A DNA stretch of 20,059 nt from a virus. Taxonomy: Duplodnaviria; Heunggongvirae; Uroviricota; Caudoviricetes. The position numbers and the translations under genes were made by a program. Below are positions 1-9,478 of this stretch, piece by piece. The notes beneath the pieces were generated by a model, which saw only the letters and a list, made by a program, of their open reading frames with translations, did no database searches and was not told the DNA's origin. Location of the stretch: the IMG/VR virus record IMGVR_UViG_2651869749_000005; one strand, 5' to 3'. Positions within the stretch are counted from its first letter, which is position 1. Each line of letters opens with the position of its first letter.

Positions 1-2
1 CT

Positions 3-14
3 GGGGGGGGGGGG
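3..14. repeat. 12-nt homopolymeric G tract at the window edge
   Basis: Direct reading: positions 3-14 are all G. It lies downstream (minus strand) of the I stop, where lambda would have J. Confidence 0.9.
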
Positions 15-87
15 CGCAAGACTGGCATGCGGAATAATTAAATAACAAACAGCCTAAAGCAATCACCGTCATAGCTGGCGGTGATTA

Positions 88-729
88 TCAGCGACCAATA
101 ACCACAACCTGACCACCATCCCCTTCATCTGCCGTGCTGATCTCCTGAGAGACCACACGTGACCCCACGCGCAGTTCACCGTACAGAACAGGCAGAACAT
201 TGCCCTGGGCAACCAGGTTATCCAGAGAGGAGAAATAGGTGTTCTGCTTACCATTATTCGTTGTCTGTGTTCGGGGAGTTTTGGGTCTGGGGGCCAGCAT
301 CTGGGCCACACCGCCAAGCGTCATACTGGCACCGAGAGAAAACAGCAGATTACTTGCCATAATTCCCACCCCAGGCATCCATATAGCAACCGCCATAACA
401 GCTGCGCCCAGCACGGCCTGAAACACGCCGCCACTTTTGGCTCCCGCCAGGCGCGGCACAATATGGATCACGGCACCATTTGACAGCGGTTCATTAAGAC
501 GGGCTGATAATTCAGTTTCACCTGTATCACGCCCGGCAATGCGTACCTGATACCAGCCGTCGCTCAGTTTCTGACGAAACGCCGGGAGCTGTGTGGCCAG
601 CGCCCGGATGGCTTCAGCCCCCGTTTTCACACGAAGGTCGATGCGGCGGCCAAATCGTTGTAAATCCCCGTAAAGGCAGATGCGTGCCATGCCCGGTGAC
701 GCCAGAGGGAGTGTGTGCGTCGCTGCCAT
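88..729 (-). CDS. I: Tail tip assembly protein I (lambda gpI-like)
   Basis: 213-aa ORF; N-terminus MAATHTLPLASPGMARICLYGDLQRFGRR and C-terminus NGKQNTYFSSLDNLVAQGNVLPVLYGE...VVIGR match my recollection of lambda I; overlaps the 3' end of K as in lambda. Confidence 0.9.
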   Translation of the reverse strand: MAATHTLPLASPGMARICLYGDLQRFGRRIDLRVKTGAEAIRALATQLPAFRQKLSDGWYQVRIAGRDTGETELSARLNEPLSNGAVIHIVPRLAGAKSGGVFQAVLGAAVMAVAIWMPGVGIMASNLLFSLGASMTLGGVAQMLAPRPKTPRTQTTNNGKQNTYFSSLDNLVAQGNVLPVLYGELRVGSRVVSQEISTADEGDGGQVVVIGR

Positions 730-1370
730 TTGTCGGTATACCTCTCTCGTTTGCTCAGTTGTTCAGGAATATGGTGCAGCAGCTCGCCGTCACCACAGTA
801 AATGGCGGCATGATTCGGCACCGATGAACCAAAACAGCACAGCAGCACGTCGCCAGGCTGCGCCTCTGTCAGTGCGACACGGTAAAAACCAGTCGCCTCC
901 ATATTGTCAAGATAGAGATTCTGACCGTTACGCCACCAGTCATCCCCGCGATGAAAATCCGGCATCTCAATCCCCGCCAGATGATAAGCATCCCGGAACA
1001 GCGTGTAACAGTCCGTCACCCCGTGCTCAAAGCGACGCCCGGTGAGATGCGGCACACAGCGGAACTTGTGAATCGCCCCCCGGCAGACCAGCCACCACGG
1101 CAAATCACTCTGCACCTGCAGCCGCCGGTCAGCCTCACTCAGCCAGGGCAGACCACCGGGGTGGCTGTGGACCAGCGCCACAATCTCACCCTGCATTTCT
1201 GCCTGCAGCCAGTCTTCCGGCGACATACGGAAATACGCCTCCGGCTCACCGGAGATATTCACGCAGGGGAAATATCTTTCCCCCTCCGGCGTGCTTACCA
1301 CGAAGCCGCACGACTCCGCTGGCGCACATCGTCTGGCGTGCGCCAGAATCGCTGATTCTGTCTGTGTCAT
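627..1370 (-). CDS. K: Tail tip assembly protein K (JAB/MPN metalloprotease-like plus NlpC/P60-like domains)
   Basis: 247-aa ORF starting MTQTESAILAHARRC; HSHPGG...SEAD motif (JAMM-like) and a Cys/His region (GVTDCYTLFRDAYH...HAAIY) typical of gpK; start 6 nt after the L stop. Confidence 0.88.
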   Translation of the reverse strand: MTQTESAILAHARRCAPAESCGFVVSTPEGERYFPCVNISGEPEAYFRMSPEDWLQAEMQGEIVALVHSHPGGLPWLSEADRRLQVQSDLPWWLVCRGAIHKFRCVPHLTGRRFEHGVTDCYTLFRDAYHLAGIEMPDFHRGDDWWRNGQNLYLDNMEATGFYRVALTEAQPGDVLLCCFGSSVPNHAAIYCGDGELLHHIPEQLSKRERYTDKWQRRTHSLWRHRAWHASAFTGIYNDLAAASTFV

Positions 1371-1375
1371 GGGAT

Positions 1376-2074
1376 TTACTGCGAAAGTTTGTTAATGGAA
1401 AGGAAGCCGCCAAAGTTGCCGACGTTATTGCGGAACTTACAACCGCTCAGGCATTTGCTGCATTTATCCTTCGTGATATCGGACGTCGGCTGGTCATATT
1501 CATCCGCGACCGCCGGACCGTGATAACCGCACTCATCGCCGCGATAGGTCCAGGTGCAGGTGTTGGCCAGCATGATACGTCCAGGAAAAACAGCGCCGTC
1601 CGTTTCCGTCGGCGTGGACAGTACAAAAGAGGCACTCACCGCGCTCAGTTCGCTGCACTGCTCGATGCGCCAGCGACTGATCACCTCCTGCTCCGGATCG
1701 GCGTCGCTGTTTCCGTTGACGAAGTTCACCGCATCCAGAAAACGGGCGTAAACCTTACGCCGGACCACCGTTCCGCCGACCAGACTCTGCATATCTTCCA
1801 CCATACCGGTGACCATGCCGTACAGGTTAGAGACTGCCAGCGTGGGCCGCGTACTGGTGCCTTTGCCATTCAGTTCAAAACCACTCCCCTGAATGGGATA
1901 CGGCTGATACTGTCTCCCCTGCCAGGTGACCGGCTCACCTTTTTCGTTCTGCTCATTACAGAAAAAATAACGTTCTCCACCGACCTCTGTCAGATCGATT
2001 TCCCAGAGCACCACGCTGGCTGACTGCTCCGCACGGGTGCATTCATTCAGTGTTTCCTGCCGGATATCCTGCAT
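1376..2074 (-). CDS. L: Minor tail protein L (lambda gpL-like)
   Basis: 232-aa ORF MQDIRQETLNECTRAEQSASVVLWEIDLTEVGGERYFFCNEQ..., same length as lambda L and near-identical to it as I recall; start overlaps the M stop. Confidence 0.92.
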   Translation of the reverse strand: MQDIRQETLNECTRAEQSASVVLWEIDLTEVGGERYFFCNEQNEKGEPVTWQGRQYQPYPIQGSGFELNGKGTSTRPTLAVSNLYGMVTGMVEDMQSLVGGTVVRRKVYARFLDAVNFVNGNSDADPEQEVISRWRIEQCSELSAVSASFVLSTPTETDGAVFPGRIMLANTCTWTYRGDECGYHGPAVADEYDQPTSDITKDKCSKCLSGCKFRNNVGNFGGFLSINKLSQ

Positions 2075-2403
2075 CAGTTCACCACCTGTTTAAACTCTGC
2101 GCTGAACTCAACACGCAACATACTGACCTGCGACGACCATTTTGCGCAGGTCACCTTTATCTGCCTGTAACCATAAGGCGGCGTCCACAGAAAAGCCTTC
2201 CAGCCCCCGTGCTCAGCCAGAAACGACTCCAGCGCCGTGGCCTCCTCACGGGAGACAGACAGCGTCACGCTGTACGTTTTCAGGTCAGCGTTCAGCCCGG
2301 CAGGCGCACGCTGGGAATAGCCATCACCAAAGCGCACCTCCCTGACGGAAGGAGCCGATGTCACATCCATCCCGGGTTTCACTTTCCAGCGGAAGGTTTT
2401 CAT
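2074..2403 (-). CDS. M: Minor tail protein M (lambda gpM-like)
   Basis: 109-aa ORF (lambda M is 109 aa) immediately downstream of the tape measure gene with a 4-nt overlap. Confidence 0.88.
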   Translation of the reverse strand: MKTFRWKVKPGMDVTSAPSVREVRFGDGYSQRAPAGLNADLKTYSVTLSVSREEATALESFLAEHGGWKAFLWTPPYGYRQIKVTCAKWSSQVSMLRVEFSAEFKQVVN

Positions 2404-4979
2404 CGTCCACCTCCGGAGAACAGGCCACCATCACGCATCTGTGCCTGAATTTCATCACGGGCACCCTTGCGGGCCATGTCATACACAGCCTTCAGCGCCT
2501 GTGGTCCAATCTGCCCGTTCGTGCCGTCGTTGTTAATCACCACATGGTTATTCTGCTCAAACTTCCCGGACGCCTGCGACCGGCTGTCCGCCAGACTGCC
2601 CGGTGTACCGACATAACCGCCGGTGGCATAGCCGCGCATCAGCCGGTAAAGATTCCCCACGCCAATCCGGCTGGTTGCCTCCTTCGTGAAGACAAACTCA
2701 CCACGGTGAACAATCCCCGCTGGCTCATATTTGCCGCCGGTTCCCGTAAATCCTCCGGTCGCAAAATGGAATTTCGCCGCAGCTGCCTGAATGGCTGTAC
2801 CGCCTGATGCGGATGCGCCGCCACCAACAGCCCCGCCAATGGCGCTACCGATACTCCCGACAATCCCCACCATTGCCTGCTTAAGCAGAATTTCTGTCAT
2901 CATGGACAGCACGGAACGGGTGAAGCTGCGCCAGTTCTGCTCACTGCCGGTCAGCATCGCCGCCATATTCTGCGCAATACCATCAAAGGTCTGCGTGGCA
3001 GCACTTTTAACCTGCGACATACTGTCCGTGGCACTCTCTTTCCACTCGCTCCAGCCGGACTTCAGGCCTGCCATCCAGCTCCCGCGAAGCTGGTCTTCAG
3101 CCGCCCAGGTCTTTTTCTGCTCTGACATGACGTTATTCAGCGCCAGCGGATTATCGCCATACTGTTCCTTCAGGCGCTGTTCCGTGGCTTCCCGCGCTGC
3201 CTGCCGGTCAGTCAGCCCCCGGCTTTTCGCATCAATAGCTGCCCGTTTTGCCCGTTGTTGCTGTGCGAATTTATCCGCCTGCTGCGCCAGCGCATTCAGA
3301 CGCTCCTGATACGTCACCTTGTCGCCAAGTGCCGCCAGCTGGCGTTTGTACTCCAGCGTCTCGTCTTTATGCGCCAGCAGGGATTTCTCCTGTGCGGATA
3401 GCTGACGACGTTGTGCCGCCTCCTCCAGTACCGCGAACTGACTTTCTGCCTTCCACAAATCCCGGCGCTGCTGGCTGATTTTCTCATTCGCTCCGGCATG
3501 CTTCTCCAGCGTCCGGAGTTCTGCCTGAAGCGTCAGCAGGGCAGCATGAGCACTGTCTTCCTGGCGCTCGCCTGCAGACACCTTCACGCCGGACTGTTTC
3601 GGCTTTTTCAGCGTCGCTTCATAATCCTTTTTCGCTGCCGCCATCAGCGTGTTGTAATCTGCCTGCAGGATTTTTCCGTCTTTCAGTGCCTTGTTCAGCT
3701 CTTCCTGCCGGGCGGTATATTTCTCCAGTGGCGTCAGCAGGCGCTCATACGCCTTCTGCGCCTCTCCGGTATACTTCAGCTGTGACGACTCACGCTCAGC
3801 CCTGTCCCTTGCCGCCAGTTCACCGGCTTTTTCCATATCCGACTGCAGCGTTGCCGCTGCCAGACCCAGACGGGCATTTTCCCGGTCATCCCATGCGCCC
3901 TGAAGGTTGGCCCGGAAAGAGGAGGTTTTACCGCGGCGCTGGCTCCGACTCTGGTACCACTGCCATTTTTTATCCGCCTCATCAAATGCCTTCTGCGCAC
4001 TGGCGAGCATATCCGCTGAGGATTCCGGACGACCGATATCCAGAATGGCATCCCACATCGATTTGAATGCCTTCCCTGTTTTATCCGCCCAGGTCTCCAG
4101 TGTTCCCATGTTTTCTTTCAGGCGACGGGTCTGCTCATCAAAGCCTTTCGTGGCGATATCGTTCGCCGCCTGTAAGGCTCCGGCCTCGTCTCCGGAACGC
4201 TGCAGCTGTGCAACATACGCAATCTGCTCTGCCGTCACGTTACGGAACTGGCGCGCCATCGCCATCAGCCCCGACGTCGGGTCAGTGGTCAGTTTTCCGA
4301 TAGCCTCTGCCACCTTGTCCATCTCCACACCGGATGCAGACGCAAAACGCGCGACACTCTGGTTGATGGCATCAAACTGTTCACCACCACGCACACCGGC
4401 ATTCACCAGGGCTGCCAGTGACTCTCTCGCCTGGTTAAACGTCAGCCCTGCCGCCTGCCCGGCTCTTGAGAGCGTCAGCATACGATCGGCAGTCAGTCCG
4501 GCCTGATTACCGGAAAGAACCAGGGTTTTATTAAACGCTGAAAGCGTGGAATCCCCCTGGTACCAGGCGTACGCCAGCGCACCTGTCGCCACCGCCAGCG
4601 AGGTGACCCCGACCATCGGCAGGGTGATCGCACCGGCAAGCCCCCTGAACATGGGGATCATCCCGCCGAAGGAGTCCTTCACCTGACCGCCCTGTTGCAG
4701 CAGAATAAGCCAGGGATTCTGACCACCGGCAAGCTGCGTGGCGATATCCGTAAACTGTGCGGGCAGGGTTCGCATGGCCGCTTTATACTGCCCGACGGAA
4801 ATCCCGGCTTTTTGTGCAGCCAGCGCCTGGCGGCTCAGGCCCTGTTCAACAGCACTGGCGGTTTTTCTGGCGTCGGTATCCAGACCTGAAAAATGACGCC
4901 TTACCCGGCTCATCTGCTCATCGAAACGGACAGCATCCAGACTCAGGTCAATAACAAGATCACCAACCGGCTGGGACAT
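2400..4979 (-). CDS. H: Tail tape measure protein H
   Basis: 859-aa ORF (lambda H is about 853 aa); long helical Ala/Gln/Arg-rich central region, Gly-rich C-terminus; sits between G/T and M as in lambda. Confidence 0.92.
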   Translation of the reverse strand: MSQPVGDLVIDLSLDAVRFDEQMSRVRRHFSGLDTDARKTASAVEQGLSRQALAAQKAGISVGQYKAAMRTLPAQFTDIATQLAGGQNPWLILLQQGGQVKDSFGGMIPMFRGLAGAITLPMVGVTSLAVATGALAYAWYQGDSTLSAFNKTLVLSGNQAGLTADRMLTLSRAGQAAGLTFNQARESLAALVNAGVRGGEQFDAINQSVARFASASGVEMDKVAEAIGKLTTDPTSGLMAMARQFRNVTAEQIAYVAQLQRSGDEAGALQAANDIATKGFDEQTRRLKENMGTLETWADKTGKAFKSMWDAILDIGRPESSADMLASAQKAFDEADKKWQWYQSRSQRRGKTSSFRANLQGAWDDRENARLGLAAATLQSDMEKAGELAARDRAERESSQLKYTGEAQKAYERLLTPLEKYTARQEELNKALKDGKILQADYNTLMAAAKKDYEATLKKPKQSGVKVSAGERQEDSAHAALLTLQAELRTLEKHAGANEKISQQRRDLWKAESQFAVLEEAAQRRQLSAQEKSLLAHKDETLEYKRQLAALGDKVTYQERLNALAQQADKFAQQQRAKRAAIDAKSRGLTDRQAAREATEQRLKEQYGDNPLALNNVMSEQKKTWAAEDQLRGSWMAGLKSGWSEWKESATDSMSQVKSAATQTFDGIAQNMAAMLTGSEQNWRSFTRSVLSMMTEILLKQAMVGIVGSIGSAIGGAVGGGASASGGTAIQAAAAKFHFATGGFTGTGGKYEPAGIVHRGEFVFTKEATSRIGVGNLYRLMRGYATGGYVGTPGSLADSRSQASGKFEQNNHVVINNDGTNGQIGPQALKAVYDMARKGARDEIQAQMRDGGLFSGGGR

Positions 4980-5831
4980 ATCTCACACCTCCCGGAATCC
5001 CCGCTGAAGCCATCATTAATGCGGCATCATCCACCATGATATCCGCCACATCCGCAGACAATGAAATATCGCCCCCTCCGTCCCCACCGAACCGGACGCC
5101 TCCGGCAAGTCCTGCCGCTTTCTGCATCAGCATTTTGTCCTCATCCGGCCTCTCCACCTGCTCTTCCTCACGCCGGGGGGCAAGCAGGCTGAAGTCCGAG
5201 GGATGCATATCCGGATCGCAAAAAAACAGGCTGAGTACGGCGTACGTCAGCCCGGAAAAATGCATATCCAGCTGGGTATCGTGAAAATAATGCGTGCGGT
5301 AAAAATGTCGCCAGTCGGCATATTCGGTGGATGTCATCCTGGCAAGCATGGCGCGCCAGTCAGGCCTCCCCATCTCACGCGCCAGTCTGAGGGCAAAATT
5401 CAGCTCGCCGTCGAAGACTTTCCCGCAGAAAAATCATCATCAGTAAGCGCGTTATTTTTCGCCACTTCAGTAATATCAGTATCCGGACGAACAGCTTCGA
5501 TCATCCCGGACAGGCACAACACCACGTCTTCCGCCCGGGCAATGGCATCGGCAGGCCAGGTGGTGAGCACTTCCTGCTCTATCTTCATCACGGCCTCATT
5601 CATTGACGGTGACTGCGTTTTCTGTGGATGGTTATGCCACAGGGACATCGCCACCAGAAACGCGCCGGTTCTGACAAGATCTTCCACGCTCACCTGCAGG
5701 TTACCGCTGGCTTCAGCCTGTTCTGCACGTCGTTTCAGCAGGGCAAGATGCTCGATACGCTGCAGCGCAGACAGTTCGGAAAGCGTGACGGACACACCGT
5801 TATATTCAAATTGTTCGGTTTTCAGAAACAT
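4960..5831 (-). CDS. GT: Tail assembly chaperone GT, the programmed -1 frameshift fusion of G and T
   Basis: The T reading frame (contains MGRPDWRAMLARMTSTEYADWRHFY) is in the -1 frame relative to G and is open from the slippery site to position 4960. Heptamer GGGAAAG at minus-strand 5424..5418 lies 6 codons before the G stop. Hand translation across the shift gives ...SAGK/VFDGELNFALRLAREMGRPDWRAML. Confidence 0.85.
5400..5831 (-). CDS. G: Tail assembly chaperone G
   Basis: 143-aa ORF MFLKTEQFEYNGVSVTLSELSALQRIEHLALLKRRAE... between V and H; lambda G is 140 aa. Confidence 0.9.
   Translation of the reverse strand: MFLKTEQFEYNGVSVTLSELSALQRIEHLALLKRRAEQAEASGNLQVSVEDLVRTGAFLVAMSLWHNHPQKTQSPSMNEAVMKIEQEVLTTWPADAIARAEDVVLCLSGMIEAVRPDTDITEVAKNNALTDDDFSAGKSSTAS
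5418..5424 (-). promoter_or_regulatory. Ribosomal -1 frameshift slippery heptamer G GGA AAG (G to GT)
   Basis: Plus strand 5418-5424 is ctttccc, i.e. GGGAAAG on the minus strand, in-frame as G|GGA|AAG in the G frame, just upstream of the G stop. Confidence 0.85.
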
Positions 5832-5844
5832 GTATTACCTCCGT

Positions 5845-6597
5845 TTACCCGGCAGCGCCCGCTTCAGTAACGGTGACTTCAGCTACCGTGGCAAACTGAC
5901 CATTACCGGAAATCACGGGGATACTCACTTTTCCAGCCTTAACCCCCGTCACAGTGATCACCATATCTTTCACAGCAATGGTTCCCGTTGACGGATCGGC
6001 GGAAACCGCTCTGAACGTCTTGTCGGTTGCACTTTCCGGCTCAAAAGAAACAGTCAGGGTGGTTGTTTTTCCTTTTTCCACGGTACCGGATTTCGGCGTC
6101 ACCTTAATTGCAGTGACCGGCGTAATTTTGCTGCGTTCTTCCGCCACGGAAGGTTTGCCCACGTTGGTCACTTTCACCGTGCGGGTGATCACTTCTTTCG
6201 CCGTCACGGCCTTACCGATACTGCTGACCCAGCCACGAAACACATCCACCGTGCCGTTCGGAAAACGGATTTTATAGGCCCGCACATCCCCGCTTTCAAA
6301 CCAGCCTATAAGCCCTTTCTGACCTTCCTCTCCCGGTTTCCAGGCCAGTGTAAAACTGGTATCACCTGCAGATTTCTGTCCCTGCCCGGTCGCGCTCCAG
6401 TCAGCGTCCTCATCATCCAGGTAGTTATCATCGTAGGATTCTGCCGTCATCTCGCCCGGCGTCAGATCCTTCACCTTAGCCAGTCGCTGCCAGTCAGCGT
6501 CTGACAACGGGTTTGCATAAGCATCACCCTTGCCGGTGTAAACCCACAGAGTGGTACCGGCACCTTTTACCGGCTCCAGGGGATTTGGTGTTGGCAT
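5845..6597 (-). CDS. V: Major tail tube protein V with C-terminal Ig-like domain
   Basis: 250-aa [36 protein letters not shown]...; C-terminal region rich in T/V/K beta-strand repeats ([30 protein letters not shown]) consistent with a Big_2-type domain. Confidence 0.9.
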   Translation of the reverse strand: MPTPNPLEPVKGAGTTLWVYTGKGDAYANPLSDADWQRLAKVKDLTPGEMTAESYDDNYLDDEDADWSATGQGQKSAGDTSFTLAWKPGEEGQKGLIGWFESGDVRAYKIRFPNGTVDVFRGWVSSIGKAVTAKEVITRTVKVTNVGKPSVAEERSKITPVTAIKVTPKSGTVEKGKTTTLTVSFEPESATDKTFRAVSADPSTGTIAVKDMVITVTGVKAGKVSIPVISGNGQFATVAEVTVTEAGAAG

Positions 6598-6604
6598 ATC
6601 GTCC

Positions 6605-7000
6605 TCACATCTCGTATGTAATGGAATAAGTCAAATCCGCAGAGCTCCATAACGCCATATCGTCATCACGACGATAGTCATAGCCCTGCTGAACCATCGT
6701 GGTAATCATCCCTGCCAGTGCAGGGATCGCGGACATCGCCGGATAAATCCGGGACTCCATCCACGAATCCAGCTCTGAATCCGGCACCTGAGCAGGCAGG
6801 AAAACTTCAATATGCAGTGTGGCCCGCCAGGTATCTGCATCCAGCTCTTCACCGGTATACTCTGCATCCGTCAGATAAACTGCGACCGCCGGAAAATCCT
6901 CTTCGTCAAAAACAACGGGGCGACCATCAAACAGCGTCGCCCCGTGTTCATGCTGCTCGAGTGCATCCAGCACTGCGGCACGAATATCAGTATGTTTCAT
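6605..7000 (-). CDS. U: Tail terminator protein U
   Basis: 131-aa ORF (lambda U is 131 aa) between Z and V; overlaps the Z stop by 4 nt. Confidence 0.88.
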   Translation of the reverse strand: MKHTDIRAAVLDALEQHEHGATLFDGRPVVFDEEDFPAVAVYLTDAEYTGEELDADTWRATLHIEVFLPAQVPDSELDSWMESRIYPAMSAIPALAGMITTMVQQGYDYRRDDDMALWSSADLTYSITYEM

Positions 7001-7530
7001 CGTTTTATCGCAATCCTCAGTTGTTGTTTCAGCGCGGATGCCAGTTCTCCGGGCAGGCGTTCACGCCGGATACGGTCAACATTCTCATCAAACGCCTGTT
7101 TCAGTGGGGCCGCCATCGGGATTTTCACCACATCAATAGGGTAACGGTTTTTCCCGGCCACACGCTGCATGACATGCCAGCGACCGTTTTTTAATCGCTG
7201 AATGAATGCCCGCTGATACCGATGCTGACCGGCTTTAAGTATGCTGTTCGGACGACGGCCCAGCATCCTGATCCCCAGCTTAATCACTGGAAGATCACCG
7301 CGGTTAACGATAATTTTTGCGTTCGGATTTCTGACCGTCGCCCGTTTCAGTCTGGACCGTTCCTTAACCAGTTTCCGGCGTACCTTTGTCTCCCGGGCAA
7401 CCTGTGATGAAGACTGATTAATCGCCGTTGTGGCCACGCGGTTAATGGCCATTGCTGAAGCCGCCGGAATGGCGTTTTTACGAACCCGGCTCAGATTGTC
7501 AATCGCCTGATCAAGCCCTTTTATCGCCAT
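6997..7530 (-). CDS. Z: Tail completion protein Z
   Basis: 177-aa ORF in the lambda Z position between FII and U; basic protein. Product assigned by synteny and size. Confidence 0.8.
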   Translation of the reverse strand: MAIKGLDQAIDNLSRVRKNAIPAASAMAINRVATTAINQSSSQVARETKVRRKLVKERSRLKRATVRNPNAKIIVNRGDLPVIKLGIRMLGRRPNSILKAGQHRYQRAFIQRLKNGRWHVMQRVAGKNRYPIDVVKIPMAAPLKQAFDENVDRIRRERLPGELASALKQQLRIAIKR

Positions 7531-7545
7531 AATTTCACCCTGCGT

Positions 7546-7899
7546 TTATCGTCGCCGGTTAACTGCGGGTGGTTGACCACGGTTGAGCCAGAGATAACAG
7601 CTGCCCCCGTCATCCGGAGAAACACGATCCACCCAGAATATCTCACCATTAATGGTCAGCGTGTCACCACGCCGCACGGCACGAACCGTATCCGTCCGCA
7701 CAAATAATGACGGGCTGCTTCCTTCAATACGGACCCCGCCACCGGCAAACCCCAGCGACTCCGGATCGTCAAAAACACCCTGAACTTCGCCGCCACACTG
7801 TACCCCTGAGGTGAACTGCGCACAGAGCCCCATCACTTCAACAATCGTGCTGTCCACCCCGGCAAGGGCGGCATCAAAGGCATTCTGAAAATCACGCAT
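7546..7899 (-). CDS. FII: Head-tail connector protein FII
   Basis: The ORF is open from 7935, but the start is placed at the internal Met (MRDFQNAFDAALAG...) by alignment with lambda FII (MADFDNLFDAAIA...), giving 117 aa as in lambda. C-terminus FWVDRVSPDDGGSCYLWLNRGQPPAVNRRR is near-identical to lambda as I recall. Confidence 0.85.
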   Translation of the reverse strand: MRDFQNAFDAALAGVDSTIVEVMGLCAQFTSGVQCGGEVQGVFDDPESLGFAGGGVRIEGSSPSLFVRTDTVRAVRRGDTLTINGEIFWVDRVSPDDGGSCYLWLNRGQPPAVNRRR

Positions 7900-8266
7900 A
7901 AACAGCCATTCCGCCATCAACGTGTGTTTTTGCATCTGAGGACATAATCAGAATCACCCGACCAACATCCGCAAGCTCAACGGATTCCCCCGTTTCACCA
8001 TCAATGCCACAGAGATGGAGGCAGGTCAGAACTCTGACGCGCGTTAACGCACCGGATGTATTCTCACGAACATCATGTTTCGCTGTTTCCCGCTCCCGGA
8101 TCACCGTATCCCCAACCTGAACATCCTCGCCGGATGACTGCATTTCCTCTTCCCATTCAGCTACCCGCTGCGCTATCTCTGCAGCACTCCCGGATATATC
8201 CGGCTCACGCCCCAGAATCAGGGCCAGTTCATCAAGCCGTTTCAGATTTTGCTCTTTCGTTGCCAT
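7892..8266 (-). CDS. FI: DNA packaging protein FI
   Basis: 124-aa acidic ORF between E and FII; lambda FI is 132 aa. Assigned by synteny and size, sequence similarity is modest. Confidence 0.7.
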   Translation of the reverse strand: MATKEQNLKRLDELALILGREPDISGSAAEIAQRVAEWEEEMQSSGEDVQVGDTVIRERETAKHDVRENTSGALTRVRVLTCLHLCGIDGETGESVELADVGRVILIMSSDAKTHVDGGMAVYA

Positions 8267-8318
8267 ATCATCCCCCTGTGAAAAAAAGACACGGGAGCAT
8301 TTCGCCCCCGCTCACGGA

Positions 8319-9347
8319 TTATTTCACCTGTACCACCACAAACTCATCCGGGTCCGGCAGCACCATCAGCGGCGCGGACTGCGTCATGGTGAATTCACGG
8401 GCCGGATCGCCCACGGTCTGCCAGTGTTTCGGATAACGGGAAGAGGCCACCACACCTTCGGACAACGCCTGCGCATCCTGAATGGCACCGTAACAACGAA
8501 TGCCCTCTGCTGCAGTATTCCCCAGAACCAGCGAGCCCTCCGGCAGATAACGTTTTTCGGTACCGTCCTCTGCCACATAAGACGTTTTCGCCACCACAAT
8601 GGCCAGATCGCCGTAATACCCTTTGAAGGACACCACCGCCCCCAGGTCTTTCACTGCCGTTTCGAGTTGTGAATTTGAGCCGCGACGGGTATCCAGTTTT
8701 TCACGGAACAGCTTAAAGCCATTCAGCAGACGCCAGACGATACCGTCCATAATGGCAATATTCACAAGACCGCTGGCCTGGTCGCAGTAGAGGTCAATAT
8801 CATGTGTAGGATCGAACGTGTCACGATCCTGTTTTGACCACTCCTTACCACTACCCTGAGTGATGTTATTCTTCGTCGACCTGCCAAAATCAACCTCAAT
8901 TTTCTCGAACTGTTCCCCTTCCATGGTGTATTTGCCATACAGCACGGCATTCACCGCCTGCATTTCTTCCACCTGCACAATAGCGTGCTCTTCCTGTTTG
9001 AGGTTATCAGTGATGATACGCAGACGACGGTAGGCCGGGTCGTTCAGCTGAGCCGGATCTTCACCGGGAAGGCGTTCAACCGCCTGCTGGTAATTAAATT
9101 CGTGTTTCGGCTTGACGTAGCCCGGACGTAACACGCGGGTTTCACCCCCACGATGACGCAGCACTTTTCCTTCAACGACCGGGGAAACATAGGCCGCCAC
9201 CGGCGTTTTTCCGGTAATTTTGTCCAGCATCACCTCTTCGGTATGGAAATTCACCGTACGGCGGAAAAACAGTTCCAGAAACAGCGCACGAAATTTAACT
9301 TTTTGTTCGGTATAACCGAGCAACTGGCGGGTCGTAAACAATCCCAT
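8319..9347 (-). CDS. E: Major capsid protein E
   Basis: 342-aa ORF (lambda E is 341 aa) MGLFTTRQLLGYTEQKVKFRALFLELFFRR...; AAGGA Shine-Dalgarno 8 nt upstream of the ATG. Confidence 0.92.
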   Translation of the reverse strand: MGLFTTRQLLGYTEQKVKFRALFLELFFRRTVNFHTEEVMLDKITGKTPVAAYVSPVVEGKVLRHRGGETRVLRPGYVKPKHEFNYQQAVERLPGEDPAQLNDPAYRRLRIITDNLKQEEHAIVQVEEMQAVNAVLYGKYTMEGEQFEKIEVDFGRSTKNNITQGSGKEWSKQDRDTFDPTHDIDLYCDQASGLVNIAIMDGIVWRLLNGFKLFREKLDTRRGSNSQLETAVKDLGAVVSFKGYYGDLAIVVAKTSYVAEDGTEKRYLPEGSLVLGNTAAEGIRCYGAIQDAQALSEGVVASSRYPKHWQTVGDPAREFTMTQSAPLMVLPDPDEFVVVQVK

Positions 9348-9378
9348 AAATCAGTTCCTTTCATTCAGAAATAAATAT

Positions 9379-9402
9379 CCTCCGGCATAGCCGGAGGTTT
9401 TT
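9379..9402. terminator. Perfect 8-bp stem hairpin with T5 tail (CCTCCGGC-ata-GCCGGAGG-TTTTT); likely the right-end subterminal hairpin of the IS200 element
   Basis: Direct reading; lies about 30 nt upstream of the E start and about 80 nt downstream of the tnpA stop. Confidence 0.6.
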
Positions 9403-9478
9403 CAAATGCGCCTGTAAGGCTCTCTTACCAGCCGCGCCCTAACAGGCGCACACGATCTGACATTTGCATCCAACTTCC

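Noticed and set aside
69-317. 82-aa minus-strand ORF overlapping the 3' end of I
   Set aside because: Alternative frame inside the I gene; I is strongly supported by homology.
1364-2023. 219-aa plus-strand ORF antisense to L
   Set aside because: It lies entirely within the well-supported minus-strand L gene and has no RBS; antisense ORFs like this are common in GC-rich phage genes. The same applies to the plus-strand ORFs at 2791-3309, 3907-4506, 5203-5991, 11367-11990, 14551-15249 and others.
7900-7935. FII N-terminal extension (MQKHTLMAEWLF)
   Set aside because: Alignment with lambda FII and the 117-aa length support the start at 7899, overlapping the FI stop.
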